Positions 1-11,262 of a DNA stretch of 64,000 nt are shown piece after piece (positions within the stretch are counted from its first letter, which is position 1; each line of letters begins with the position of its first letter). Below the pieces are notes generated by a model. The model searched no databases. It was given only the letters and a program-made list of their open reading frames with translations, and was not told the DNA's origin. A program made the translations under genes and the position numbers. The DNA comes from Eledone cirrhosa (taxonomy: Eukaryota): positions 361,646,001 to 361,710,000 of the forward strand of contig OZ024742.1 in assembly GCA_964016885.1 (NCBI GenBank), given 5' to 3'.

Positions 1-428
1 GAAATTTCGTTTTCATTTTGTTTCAATTTATTGTTTTCGGTATGCCTGACCGATTTAACTCACTCAATATGCAAATTAGGCTGCTCAGCCGTTAATTTTC
101 ATAAGGAAAGTATATACTTTCGAACGTTCAACTATCTGGCAGATGGGTAAACGGTGCTGATGATAGCTAACAAGCTTGAAACTAGTACATCGTTCCTGTG
201 TCAGTGTTGAACAAAAAGGTGACGTGGTTGCCTTAACACCGTATGGCATAAATTCAGGCTGTTCAGTTTGTTTACAAACGAACAAAGCGACGTTAGCGCC
301 GCTAAACTGATACGTGCATATATGTATGTGTACCTGTATGCATATGTATATATATATGTATATATATATATATGTGCATGCTACTGTACGTCTGTATACA
401 TATATGTATGTACGTATACATGCATACT

Positions 429-432
<4 letters not shown>
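1..432 (+). mobile_element. Non-coding repeat family A, PLE pseudo-LTR-like, carries a hammerhead
   Basis: 1-30 and 260-432 match 26632-26990 in reverse complement; HHR motif at 151-193; ends in (TA)n. Confidence 0.6.
151..193 (+). ncRNA. Minimal type I hammerhead ribozyme (family A)
   Basis: acggtg-CTGATGA-t-agct/aaca/agct-t-GAAA-ctag-TA-catcgt; stem I acggtg/catcgt, palindromic stem III ACTAGT, cleavage triplet GUA. Confidence 0.8.
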
Positions 433-469
<37 letters not shown>

Positions 470-472
<3 letters not shown>

Positions 473-876
473 AGGAGACAGATAAAATAGACATTATATT
501 GTCTCTTCAACCTTTAGATGGTCAATGGTTTCGAGAATTTAACTAAAATAAAAAATTAAATTAAATATAATTAAATAAGTAGGGGTTCTCTTTTTCAAAG
601 AGATATAGAAGGAACATTAAAAAAGATTAATACGACTCCTTATGTGTATCTCACAGTCCAGGATTGACCCTCAGTCCTCGATTCAACCCCCAGACCACAA
701 TTGAACACCGAAACCAGGATCTCACCATCTCTGGTACTTCCCACTAAGCTACCGAGACTGATACAAAGATTTACTGAAAATTAATATTTATAAACCTACT
801 TTCAAAATACAATTAATTACTTTAAATTAAATTAAAATTAAATGAAATAAATCGACATTGGGGTTCTAAACTTTAA
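470..876. repeat. Non-coding repeat family B
   Basis: Similar to 3595-3985 (same orientation) and to 3200-3590 and 6987-7378 (opposite orientation). Confidence 0.7.
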
Positions 877-1266
877 TATATATATATATATATATATAGG
901 TAGAATCAGTAAGTACATATTAGATCGTATTATCCCTCAAGTTAAGGCTAAGGTAAATATTAAATTATGGGGTAATACTCAACAGGCAATAAGTTGGTTC
1001 AATAACATTAGTGACAAAAACAAATCTTCTTTTATTCAATTCGATATAGATGAATACTATTCCTCTATTTCACCTGAAACTCTGCATAAGGCCCTCTCAT
1101 TCGCTAAGGTTAACTCGGACCTCACAAACGAGGATATTAATATTATACTTGAAGCTAGACGCACAGTAGTCCATTTTGAAAATAGTTATTGGGTCCGCAG
1201 GGATAGACCATCGGAATTTGACATTACGATGGGTTCTAATGATTCGGCGGAAGTTACGGATTTGGT

Positions 1267-2559
1267 TTGAATCTATATAGCTCACAGACTCCAGACGAAT
1301 TTATTGACCTCCACGGCGGAATCTACCGTGATGATGCACTCCTATTAGTCAAAAATATGAACAAACAAAACCTAGAAAGGCGACGTAAAAACATTAGGAA
1401 ACTTTTCTTAGAACTAGGACTTAGTATTACCTTCGAACACAATCTTAAAGTGGTCAATTTCTTGGTTGTCACCTTCAACCTTAATAACGGTAATATAAAG
1501 CCATTTCACAAACTTAATGAAAATCTCAAATACGTTAATGTAAGATCGAACCATCCACATTCCATTATTAAATCTATCCCTAAAAATATATCCATAAGGA
1601 TCTCCCGACTATCGTCTAATTTGCAGACCTTCAACGAGCATGCTGAGTATTATAACGACGCACTTAGAAAAGCTGGTTACTGCGAGAAAATAGAATATCT
1701 AGAAGATAACCACATAGGTACTATGAATAAATCACATCTAAGTCGAACTAGTATTGCACCACACAGACACATTAATAGGCATAATAATAGGTGCAAACCT
1801 ACAAATAGAGTTAGACGTAGAGAGTACATATGGTATAACCCCGTGTACAATATTTCTATTAGCACTAAGATTATCTCACAATTCTATACACTGATCAATA
1901 AACACTTTACAATTTCACATAAATACTATAAAATCTTAAACTCGCGCACCATTAGACTCTCATACTCCACTGCACCTAACATAGAACAACTAATTAAAAA
2001 ACTTAACTCAACAATACTAAATAAGTACATCCCTAATGACACAGCGCACCAGCATAGCGACATACAACGCACTAACACGCAGCTACAACCCCACCAAACT
2101 ATCCAGAATACTACTGCAAAACATAAAAATAACTGTAACTGCACTAAACCAGGTTTGTGCCCATTGAATAACCAATGCCTAACACGCAATATTGTCTACC
2201 GATGTACAATAAATTCCGGAACCAACAAATGGTATTACGTCGGATGTACCGCAACATCTTTCAAAGCTCGCCTATACCAACATCGATCTTCGATCAAGCA
2301 TGAGAAAATGCGCTCCGTAACAACCCTCGCCGATAAAGCCTGGCAGCTTCGGAAGAACAATCAAGCATTCTCCCTTGATTGGCAAATGATTGCATTTGCG
2401 CCAGCATATAAGCAAAATCACCGATTCTGTAAATTATGCAATATGGAGATATACTGCATTTTAACGTCGGAAAACAAACTTTTGAACAGCAAAATTAAAC
2501 GTTCACTTTACTGTAACCATCGTTTAAAAACGACTTTTTCTTTTTTTAAATGCATGTAA
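1267..2559 (+). pseudogene. PLE1 RT C-terminal half + GIY-YIG endonuclease (truncated, frameshifted upstream)
   Basis: GGIYRDD, YIWYNPVY, CNCTKPGLCPLNNQC, IVYRC..YYVGCT, CKLCNME. Confidence 0.85.
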
Positions 2560-2985
2560 TGTTATCTTTTTACACCACCATTTGCAAATTTTTATTATTT
2601 TTATTTCATATTTTTATATGTTTATACACACGATATCGCTTTTTATACTAATAGCACTAAACACTGTTTTTTAGACCCCTTTAGAAATATCCTGCTACTA
2701 TAATAGCCCCAATAACTTGTCTATAATTCTGTACTACATTGACCCCTTTAACTAAATTTTGTCCAAACAACACCACTAGAAGAATTTACTTCCCCCGCCA
2801 ACTCTAACACGCCCCATTTAACTAACTGCTGCCAAAACATTTTCTTCTATACAATCTCTACTACTCTGACAGTCTCGAATCCTAAGACTACCCCCTTTAC
2901 TTGCTTCCCTCTTCCCCTTCCCTTCCTACCTCCTACTTTCTCACATATCTAGTGTATAAAATATTCTCCTATCATTCTACCATAA

Positions 2986-3102
2986 AGGTCTGACGACATG
3001 GTGTGTTCTCTTACAGTGTACCTACGATTTATGATAATATTTTTATATTATACAAATAGCGAGGTATAGGTAACCCACACACTATAGAAACAATTGTTAC
3101 CT
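2986..3102 (+). ncRNA. Type I hammerhead with long stem II (PLE1)
   Basis: aggt-CTGACGA-[catggtgtgt...acacactata]-GAAA-caattg-TT-acct; conserved in second copy at 60293-60409. Confidence 0.7.
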
Positions 3103-3162
3103 AGTAAATTCTTTATACCCGCATTTCCGTTTCATAAACTTCTTCTTCATATATATATATAT

Positions 3163-3985
3163 TCCTTTGACATTTCTTAGAAAAAAAACTGAAAAAGTTT
3201 TGTGAGAACCCCAATGTTTATTTATTTTATTTTATTTTTAAATAAAATTAATAAAATTAATTTTATTTTGAAAGTAGGTTTATAAATATTAATTTTCAGT
3301 AGACCTTTGTAGCAGTCTTGGTGGCTTAGTGGGAAGTAACAGAGATGGCAAGATCCTGGTCTGTAAGTTCAATGCAGGACTCAGGTTCAATCCATTCTTA
3401 GAAACATGTCTAATGTGTCCTATTAATCTTTTTTTAATTTTCCTTTTACATCTCTTAGAAAAAGCTGAAAATCTTTGGTGAGAACCCAATGTCTATTTAT
3501 CTAATATAATTTAATTAATTTAATTTAATTTAATTTTTATTTTAGTTAAATTGTCGAAACCACTGTCTATTTCACCGGTCTCCTCCAACTTTAGTTGGAG
3601 GAGACCGATGAAATAGACATTATATTGTCTCATCATCTTTAGATCGTTCGTAGTTTCGACAATTTAACTAAAATAAAAAATTAAATTCAATATAATTAAA
3701 TAAATAGGGGTTCTCTTTTTCAAAGAGATATAGAAGGAAAATTAAAAAGATTAATATGACACCTTACATGTATCTCACCGGCCAGGATATAACCTCAGTC
3801 CTCGATTCAACACTCAGACCAGGATTGAACACCCAGACCAGGATCTCACCATCTCTGGTACTTCCCACTAAGCTACCGAGACTGATACAAAGTTTTACTG
3901 AAAATTAATATTTATAAACATACTTTCAAAATAAAATTAATAAAATTAAATTAAATTAAAATTAAAATTAAATAAATAGACATTT
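3163..3985. repeat. Family B fold-back pair (two diverged copies in inverted orientation, centre ~3590)
   Basis: ggtctcctccaact/agttggaggagacc at the centre; arms are diverged reverse complements. Confidence 0.7.
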
Positions 3986-5182
3986 GGTTGTGATTAGTCC
4001 CTTCTTTATACATCTATATATCCTCCAGAAACTTGCACTCACTATAATAAACCCGCGTATTATTATAACATTATATGCTCATTCTGCCTTATGTGATTCT
4101 GGAACCAGAGTTTCCTGTGTGCACTTTTATCTGTGTGTGACTGGATTGCCATCACGATTTGTATTTGCTGTGGTACAGTTCTAATCGGTGCGATACATTG
4201 GCTGAACGCCAACTTGGACATACAGTGAATTTCACCTGGCACGTTGGATTAAGTGACCAAATGTTTTCCATTTCCTCACATCTGTGCCGGCTGTATATGT
4301 GCCATACATTTCTTTAACTCGTCGTACCTTTTTTTATTTTTTATTGTAGATTTTCTGTGTATATCCCAGACCGCCTATGGTGATAAATCCCCTGGCTATA
4401 GGTTTTGGAAAAATAGTGTTATCTCACTTGGAGTTCGGAACTGGAACATATCGATGTGGTTCGTAGGCTGCGGATATGATAAGGAGAATCGACCTATTAC
4501 AGGGCGATATATTTGGAGTACACCATCCCTCATATGGACTATCATACATGTAAGGCTGTATTACTGCTAACCAACAATTCTTTTCACAGACTCATGCTTG
4601 CAAACTCTCTTGATCTGCCTGTATACCCCTTTTGCACTGCTTGTGCTTTAATGCATCCATGCTTTGCTTTGTCTTATATGTTTTTTTTTGGGGGGGGGGG
4701 GGTCCGGGCTTTTTGTTCATTAATTGTTTTGTATTTTTGTATTTATCTCTTTTCTTATCCCTGTATTTTTGTACTTTTTATTTTTTTTTGTTATTTTCTT
4801 GTATTTTCTGATTGTTTCTGATCATGCTGAGTAATACCCTCACTCATCCCTTGCTAACCTCTCCCAACCTCTTTATCATCTATTGCACCATATGAGTGAT
4901 ATAACTTTTGGTGTAATTTTTTATTTTTTATTTTTAATCTTTAAAATTTTAAGACATTTTATGACATTATGTGCATCATGTATTATGTCTTTTTCCATAT
5001 AGCGCTAGCCCCGGGACCCCCTGCTGGTCATTTAACCTTGTTCTGGTGACGTAGCTCGATGGAGCATGCAACTACTGATATACTCATGTTTATAGGCTCT
5101 GAAGATTCCTGCTATGTTGTATGGATGAAACACTGTTAGCTAATAAAACTATGTATTTCTAAGCACTCTTTGGTTATTCCTA

Positions 5183-5187
<5 letters not shown>
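3986..5187 (+). mobile_element. Unclassified decayed or non-coding element ending in an HHR-bearing terminal region
   Basis: No recognisable ORF; HHR at 5095-5141 followed by aataaa, then (TA)n. Confidence 0.45.
5095..5141 (+). ncRNA. Minimal type I hammerhead ribozyme
   Basis: ggct-CTGAAGA-ttcc..13 nt..gga-t-GAAA-cactg-TT-agct. Confidence 0.7.
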
Positions 5188-5257
<70 letters not shown>

Positions 5258-5259
<2 letters not shown>

Positions 5260-5848
5260 TGGCTGCCAACTCATTTTTGAGTACGGCTACTACTTTATAT
5301 CCATGTAGGAGAACCCCTACCGATGCGCTGAACGAGTGTGACTTTTTAGTCCAGCTAGCGACTTGAAAACTCTGGTACAAACACTACACTTGTGACAATT
5401 ATTGACACAGTGCAGGGCCCATGGTACCATGTGACGACAAGTGCAGAGAGATCTCCAGATATAAAGCAATGCCTGTGCTGTGAAGCTTTTATAGTGAGCA
5501 AAGGCACTGCACAAAGCCAGTCCCACTCTCTTAACCAAGATGATATTTACCAAAAAGAAGAACAAGTCAACATCATTGGATACCATCAGGGTGGCAGGTG
5601 TTATATCAGAGTTTTCCTTCTCCTAGAATTCTGCCTTGACAAAGGCTAAGGGGTCATCTCTCCCGGTGATTTTAGATGGCCATTGACTCATAAGAGCTTC
5701 TTTGCCCATTGACAGGTTTTGTTTTTAGTCCTGCAGGATGTCCAAAGTAACCCTCCTCACCAAGAAACCTTGGTGGGGTTGCCAGTTTACTCGCCAACGA
5801 CCCGACCATGAGACAGATTGTACTGGGATACATGTTACCAGTAGCACC

Positions 5849-5850
<2 letters not shown>
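5258..5850 (-). mobile_element. Short RTE-derived non-autonomous element (5'UTR-like part + C-terminal C2H2 zinc finger + 3' end)
   Basis: Second copy at 31178-31730 (+); [22 protein letters not shown] motif like an RTE ORF C-terminus. Confidence 0.65.
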
Positions 5851-5901
<51 letters not shown>

Positions 5902-5906
<5 letters not shown>

Positions 5907-6405
5907 AGTGTAATTTACTACACAAAACGAAGGTTATAGAGAAAATTGAGGTTGGTAATGGCACATGGAATATATAAGAGACAGAATACTTTTTTGTGAA
6001 AAAACATATAATTTTATAAGGTAAGGAAATAATAAAGGGTATAAAAAATGACCGGTTGCGATGGGTCTGCAAAAGCCATCTTTTCAAATGTTGATTAATA
6101 TTAAGAAAAATTAATAATAATAAGAGTTAAAATTTGAGATTTGAAAATTCAAGTATAAAATTCATTGTGGGATTTCATAGTAGTTTTCATCTTGGTAGCC
6201 GCAAGTTGACTGCTGTGTGCCTTTCTGGTAGTGAATGAGAAGTTATTTGGAGGTGTGGGTTATTTTATAAAGGTCAGATTTAGCAATGGCCAGATGGCCA
6301 GCTGCTGGTCAGTGAGGGGGTGGAAGCAATATACATACATATATCTCTCCCTGTGGTCGGTAGGAGAGGGGAGATTGATAGAAAGGGATTTAGTGCACTT
6401 ACACC
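5902..6405 (-). mobile_element. PLE pLTR-like fragment with degenerate hammerhead
   Basis: Minus strand 6045-6092: cat-TTGAAAA-gatgg..ccatc-GCAA-ccgg-TC-att. Confidence 0.45.
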
Positions 6406-6457
6406 TATATATATACACATACCTTCATCCACACATACATACATATACATATACATA

Positions 6458-6514
<57 letters not shown>

Positions 6515-6609
6515 CACACATACATACACACACACATACATATACATACACACATACACACACACATATATATATATACATACACATACATCCAGATACA
6601 CACATACAT

Positions 6610-6647
<38 letters not shown>

Positions 6648-6687
6648 GTGTACATACACATATATACACACATATACATACACATAT

Positions 6688-6771
<84 letters not shown>
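6406..6771. repeat. (TA)n/(CA)n microsatellite
   Basis: Direct reading. Confidence 0.95.
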
Positions 6772-6773
<2 letters not shown>

Positions 6774-6968
6774 CGAAGGAAATGTGGTAAGGAACCAGTG
6801 GACCATAACGCACCAAAGTACTCAATACTTGAGGTAGTAGAGTGGGTAATAGGAACCAGTAAGGCCCCGACAGCTGAGCTCAAGCCGTTTCGACGGCTAA
6901 TTCTGGACCGTCCAGAATTAGCCGTCGAAACGGCTTGAGCTCAGCTGTCGGGGTCTTACTGGTTCCTA
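6772..6968. repeat. Fold-back element with ~60-bp near-perfect hairpin (6849-6968) containing the 3' half of a hammerhead
   Basis: taggaaccagtaaggccccgacagctgagctcaagccgtttcgacggctaattctgga-ccg-tccagaattagccgtcGAAAcggcttgagctcagctgTCgggg... Confidence 0.75.
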
Positions 6969-6986
6969 TATATATATATATATATA

Positions 6987-7378
6987 TTAAAGTTTAAAAG
7001 CCCAATGTCTATTTATTTCATTTTATTTTTAATTTAATTAATTTAATTAATTTTATTTTGAAAGTATGTTTATAAATATTAATTTCCCATAAATCTTTGT
7101 ATCAGTTTCAGTAGTTTAGTGGGGAGTACCAGAGATGGTGAGATCCTCGTCTGGGTGTTCAATCGAGGACCGAGGTTCAATCCTGGCCCATGAGATACAC
7201 GTAAGGTGTCATATTATTCTTTTTTTAATTTTCCTTCTATATCTCTTTGAAAAAAAAAAAACCCTATTTATTTAATTATATTTAATTTAATTTTTTTATT
7301 TTAGTTAAATTGTCAAAACCACTGGCGATCTTAAGTTTGAGGAGACAGATAAAATAGACATATTGTCTCCTCCACCCA
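6987..7378. repeat. Non-coding repeat family B
   Basis: Similar to the reverse complement of 470-876. Confidence 0.7.
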
Positions 7379-7424
7379 TATACATGTATATATATATATA
7401 GATATATATACATATATATATATA

Positions 7425-8903
7425 TCATCATCATCATCATCATCGTTTAACGTCCATCTTCCACGCTTGCATGGGTTTGGACGGGAGTTTTCCCATTTGA
7501 GGCAAGATTTGTTGTCCTGCTCGTATAGGACTGTCTGGCGGGCTTTCTACGGCTGGATGCCCTTCCTAACACCAACCGCATTTACAGTGTGGACTGGGAG
7601 GTTTTTACCGTGTTACCAACGCGGCCATATTACAGCGTGGACTGTTTGTTTTTTTTTGTCGTGACACCTACACGTCTGGTGGGTTTTCTACGGCTGGGTG
7701 CCCTTCCCAACACCAACCACGTTTTCAGTGTGGACTGGGAGGTTTTTACCGTGTTACCTACGCAGCCACATTACAACGTGGGCTGTGTGTTTTTTTTTGT
7801 CATGACACTTACACGACCTCATTTGTTTCGGACTGGATGTATTGGTACCAACATAACTTCACATTTAAGGGGGTGGTGTGGATGGGGTGGGGTAGTGGGA
7901 CGGGGGTGTATTTTGTTAGAGGTGCCTACTGACTGTAGGTTTCGCTTTGTACTTAGGCAAGGCGGGTCTTCTGTATGACTGTGTAGCGCCAAAGATCTCG
8001 GTCCAGTGACATTGTCTTGGAGAGGTGTAAGTGTGTGAGGTCGGAATATATCAAGTTGTCCCAGGTTTTTCTGTGTCGGCCTACTCCGTGGCTACCGTCT
8101 ATTTTTATCGCCCTCCACTTTTTTATACAGCTGTCGTCTTTCATGCGCATCACGTGACCGTACCAACGTAGTCTTCTCTCGAGTAACTAACATCTGATCC
8201 CTCTTATTTCTAATTTCTCCCTTAGTTCGTTTCTGCTTTGCCGTTCACGTATATTACTATTACACATCCAGCGGAGCATGCAAGCTTCGTTTCTCTCCAG
8301 TCTGCGTATATCCTCTGCACACAATGCCCAGGTCTCACTGCCATGTAACATTGCTGTTCGTATGCAGGCATCATACAGCCTGTCTTTTATTTTTAGAGAG
8401 AACCCATTAGCGGCCAATAGTGGCATAAACTCTCTCAACTTTTTCCATCCTGTTCTGATTCTAGCTACTGTACTTTCAGAGCACCCTCCCCCACTGCTGA
8501 TTTTGACAACCAGGTAACGGAAGGTGTCCACTATTTCTATAGAACCATCTGTGCAATAGAATGAGCTAGTATTCTGTGGGCACTTGCAGCTACTTATTGC
8601 ACCAGAGCACCGGCCACATATAAAATCTATATTCTTAGTTAGCTTACCTGTGATCCCACTACATCTTTTATGCACCCATACTTTGCATTTGTGACATAAA
8701 ATGGAGTTTCTGCCTACTTCTTTCCTACACACTGAGCATGGCCATTTCCGAGATGGGACCAGTGCCCTATTTTCCCTCCTACAAACTAGAACTTTAGTCC
8801 TAGACAAGTTAATTTTAATGCTTTTTGATTCTAGGCCATGCTTCCATGCTTGGAATTTCTTCTCTAGTTCAGCCATTGATTCAGCTATGAGCGTTAGATC
8901 ATC

Positions 8904-8907
<4 letters not shown>
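7425..8907 (-). mobile_element. RTE-clade LINE, 5'-truncated, (TGA)n tail
   Basis: YADDL at the 5' junction; ORFs 8187-8876 and 7953-8153 with HGSETW, LRWYGHVMR and GRHRKTW; 3' UTR with a duplicated ~130-bp unit; (cat)n at 7425-7444. Confidence 0.85.
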
Positions 8908-8947
<40 letters not shown>

Positions 8948-8954
<7 letters not shown>

Positions 8955-9265
8955 GTGAGGTTTTTTTTACAAAATGAAAAATAACCGAGGTGTCCTACAC
9001 GAGTGGAAGTATAAAGAAAAAGAGATGAAATCGAAAATGCAACTGAAGTCTTATTTTTTTTAAAAATATATATATTTATTTGGTACCTTTACCGGTTTCG
9101 CAGTTCTTCTGCTTTTCAAAAGGTCAGTTGAGATGGAGGGTCTGTGGTTTTTCTCACATCTGGTTGGTCTCTAAATGTTACTTGTTTTATATGGAAAAAG
9201 TGGCTCGAAAGCCAGGTTTTTCGAGAAGTAATTTGATTGGTTTGTCAATAATTATAATAAATTTC
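8948..9265 (-). mobile_element. Non-coding family C (pLTR-like, U3-A8 hammerhead)
   Basis: Six related copies in the window; inverted partner at 9716-9946. Confidence 0.75.
9086..9123 (-). ncRNA. Variant hammerhead (U3-A8), family C
   Basis: cctt-TTGAAAA-gcag/aagaa/ctgc-GAAA-ccgg-TA-aagg on the minus strand. Confidence 0.7.
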
Positions 9266-9298
9266 CCCCATCTCTACTAATAGAATCATCTTCCAATA

Positions 9299-9344
<46 letters not shown>

Positions 9345-9715
9345 AGCACACAAATAAACACATATCTTCAGTCTCAATAGAAAATCTGAACTCTGACACC
9401 TGAACTCTGACAGCTGGCCATATTCACTGAACCAGAACATTTCTCCCAATCCCTTTTCCCTTGACCACTATCGCTCCATTGTCATAACATTCACTATAAA
9501 GACTACAGAATAGTTTTCCAAATAAGGGCACAAAAATGTAATGAAAACTTGTTCGCGTGACAGCCAAATTTCATTTATAACCAACCAAAAAAAAAAGCCT
9601 TCGTGAGCCTCATTTTTCAAAGTAAAAAGAAATTCAAACACTCATATATGAAAAAAACAACCTGTGACAACCCCCCCTCTCTTATTTGAAGAATTATTGT
9701 AACGCGAACTGGCGC

Positions 9716-9946
9716 GAAATTTATTATAATTATTGACAAACCAATCAAATTACTTCTCGAAAAACCTGGCTTTCGAGCCACTTTTTCCATATAAAACAAG
9801 TAACATTTAGAGACCAACCAGATGTGAGAAAAACCACAGACCCTCCATCTCAACTCACCTTTTGAAAAGCAGAAGAACTGCGAAACCGGTAAAGGAACCA
9901 AATAAATATATATATTTAAAAAAAAAATAAGACTTCAGTTGCATTT
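9716..9946 (+). mobile_element. Family C, inverted partner of 9035-9265
   Basis: Near-exact reverse complement. Confidence 0.75.
9858..9895 (+). ncRNA. Variant hammerhead (U3-A8), family C
   Basis: cctt-TTGAAAA-gcagaagaactgc-GAAA-ccgg-TA-aagg. Confidence 0.7.
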
Positions 9947-10070
9947 CATATATGTTTATATATATATACATATACATATATATATATATATAAACATATA
10001 TATATATACATATATATATACATATATATATGTATATATATATGTATATATATATGTTTATATATATGTT

Positions 10071-10104
<34 letters not shown>

Positions 10105-10309
10105 TATACATATATATATGTATAAACATATATATATACATATATATATACATATATATATGTATATATATATGTATATATATATGTTTATATATATATA
10201 TGTATATATATATGTATATATATATATATGTTTATATATATATATATGTATATATATATGTTTATATATATATATATGTATATATATATGTATATATATA
10301 TATATACAC

Positions 10310-10342
<33 letters not shown>

Positions 10343-10358
10343 TGTATATATAAATATA

Positions 10359-10424
<66 letters not shown>

Positions 10425-10433
10425 AATATACAT
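9947..10433. repeat. Degenerate (TA)n array
   Basis: Direct reading. Confidence 0.95.
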
Positions 10434-10434
10434 A

Positions 10435-10632
10435 TAATGTAGGAGGTGAGTTTTATTGTAGTACAATAAATATGTTGATTTAAAACTGCACTATCCACAA
10501 GTGTTTTTTAACCTTCATATCATGTCTTCCTATTTTATCTGATGAAAACACAAATATTATTGCATGATGATATTTGTTTTTGAAATGCGCATAATAAAAT
10601 ACATGGAACTCTTTTAACCATCTTTTGTTCTT
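10435..10632 (+). mobile_element. Family D pLTR-like fragment
   Basis: Homologous to 50140-50402 (opposite orientation) and 51908-52015. Confidence 0.75.
10531..10601 (+). ncRNA. Type I hammerhead (family D)
   Basis: tattttat-CTGATGA-aaacacaaatat..atatttgtttt-t-GAAA-tgcgca-TA-ataaaata; 8-bp stem I, palindromic stem III. Confidence 0.85.
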
Positions 10633-10704
10633 ATATAAATATACATATATATATATACATATATATACATATATATATATGTATATATGTATATATATAT
10701 ATAT

Positions 10705-11194
10705 AGAACAAACAACCAACCTGTAACATGTAAATAAACAAATAAATAAACGAATATAAATATACATATAATGTAGGAGGTGAGTTTTATTGTAGTACAA
10801 TAAATATGTTGATTTAAAACTGCACTATCTATGTGCGTGTGTATTCATTTTGTCCTTAATTGTAAGTTGTGATGTTCCACAGAAACAAGATGACGTAGGG
10901 CAGAAAGAGGGAGGGGCGCAAAGCAAGGAAAGGCATCCCCAGTCGCTGAAGAGGTCACAGAGTGTGTGACGAGGGAGCTTTGACAATATATAAACAACCA
11001 TCTGGTTGTGGAGCCAACCAACCAGCCGGAAATTTGTAAATTCCTAAATTTATAAATTTTTTATAGTGGGTTGAAGTGAGGGCGGTTGGTGCGTGTGTTT
11101 CTTGTTGGCAGCATGGCCCTCCCAGAGTATAGCAATATCGGTTTCAACAGACGTTTTCAGATAAAGAATCTTGCTAAACAAATTCAAAAACAAA

Positions 11195-11195
<1 letters not shown>
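10705..11195 (+). mobile_element. Rearranged, diverged PLE2 pLTR fragments (decayed HHR at 10941-10985) interleaved with family D sequence
   Basis: Similar to 30400-30893; GAAA mutated to GAGG. Confidence 0.7.

Positions 11196-11262
<67 letters not shown>

Larger units (their letters stand above)
896..3150 (+). mobile_element. Penelope-like element family 1 (probably Naiad-like), 5'-truncated copy
   Basis: Close homolog of 57463-60458; RT motifs MGSNDSAE and IYRDD; GIY-YIG; 3' UTR with HHR; flanked by (TA)n. Confidence 0.9.

Noticed and set aside
5805-5850. Possible 3' half of an HDV-like ribozyme at the RTE-derived element's 5' end (minus strand)
   Set aside because: Upstream pairing strands are truncated, so the double pseudoknot cannot be built
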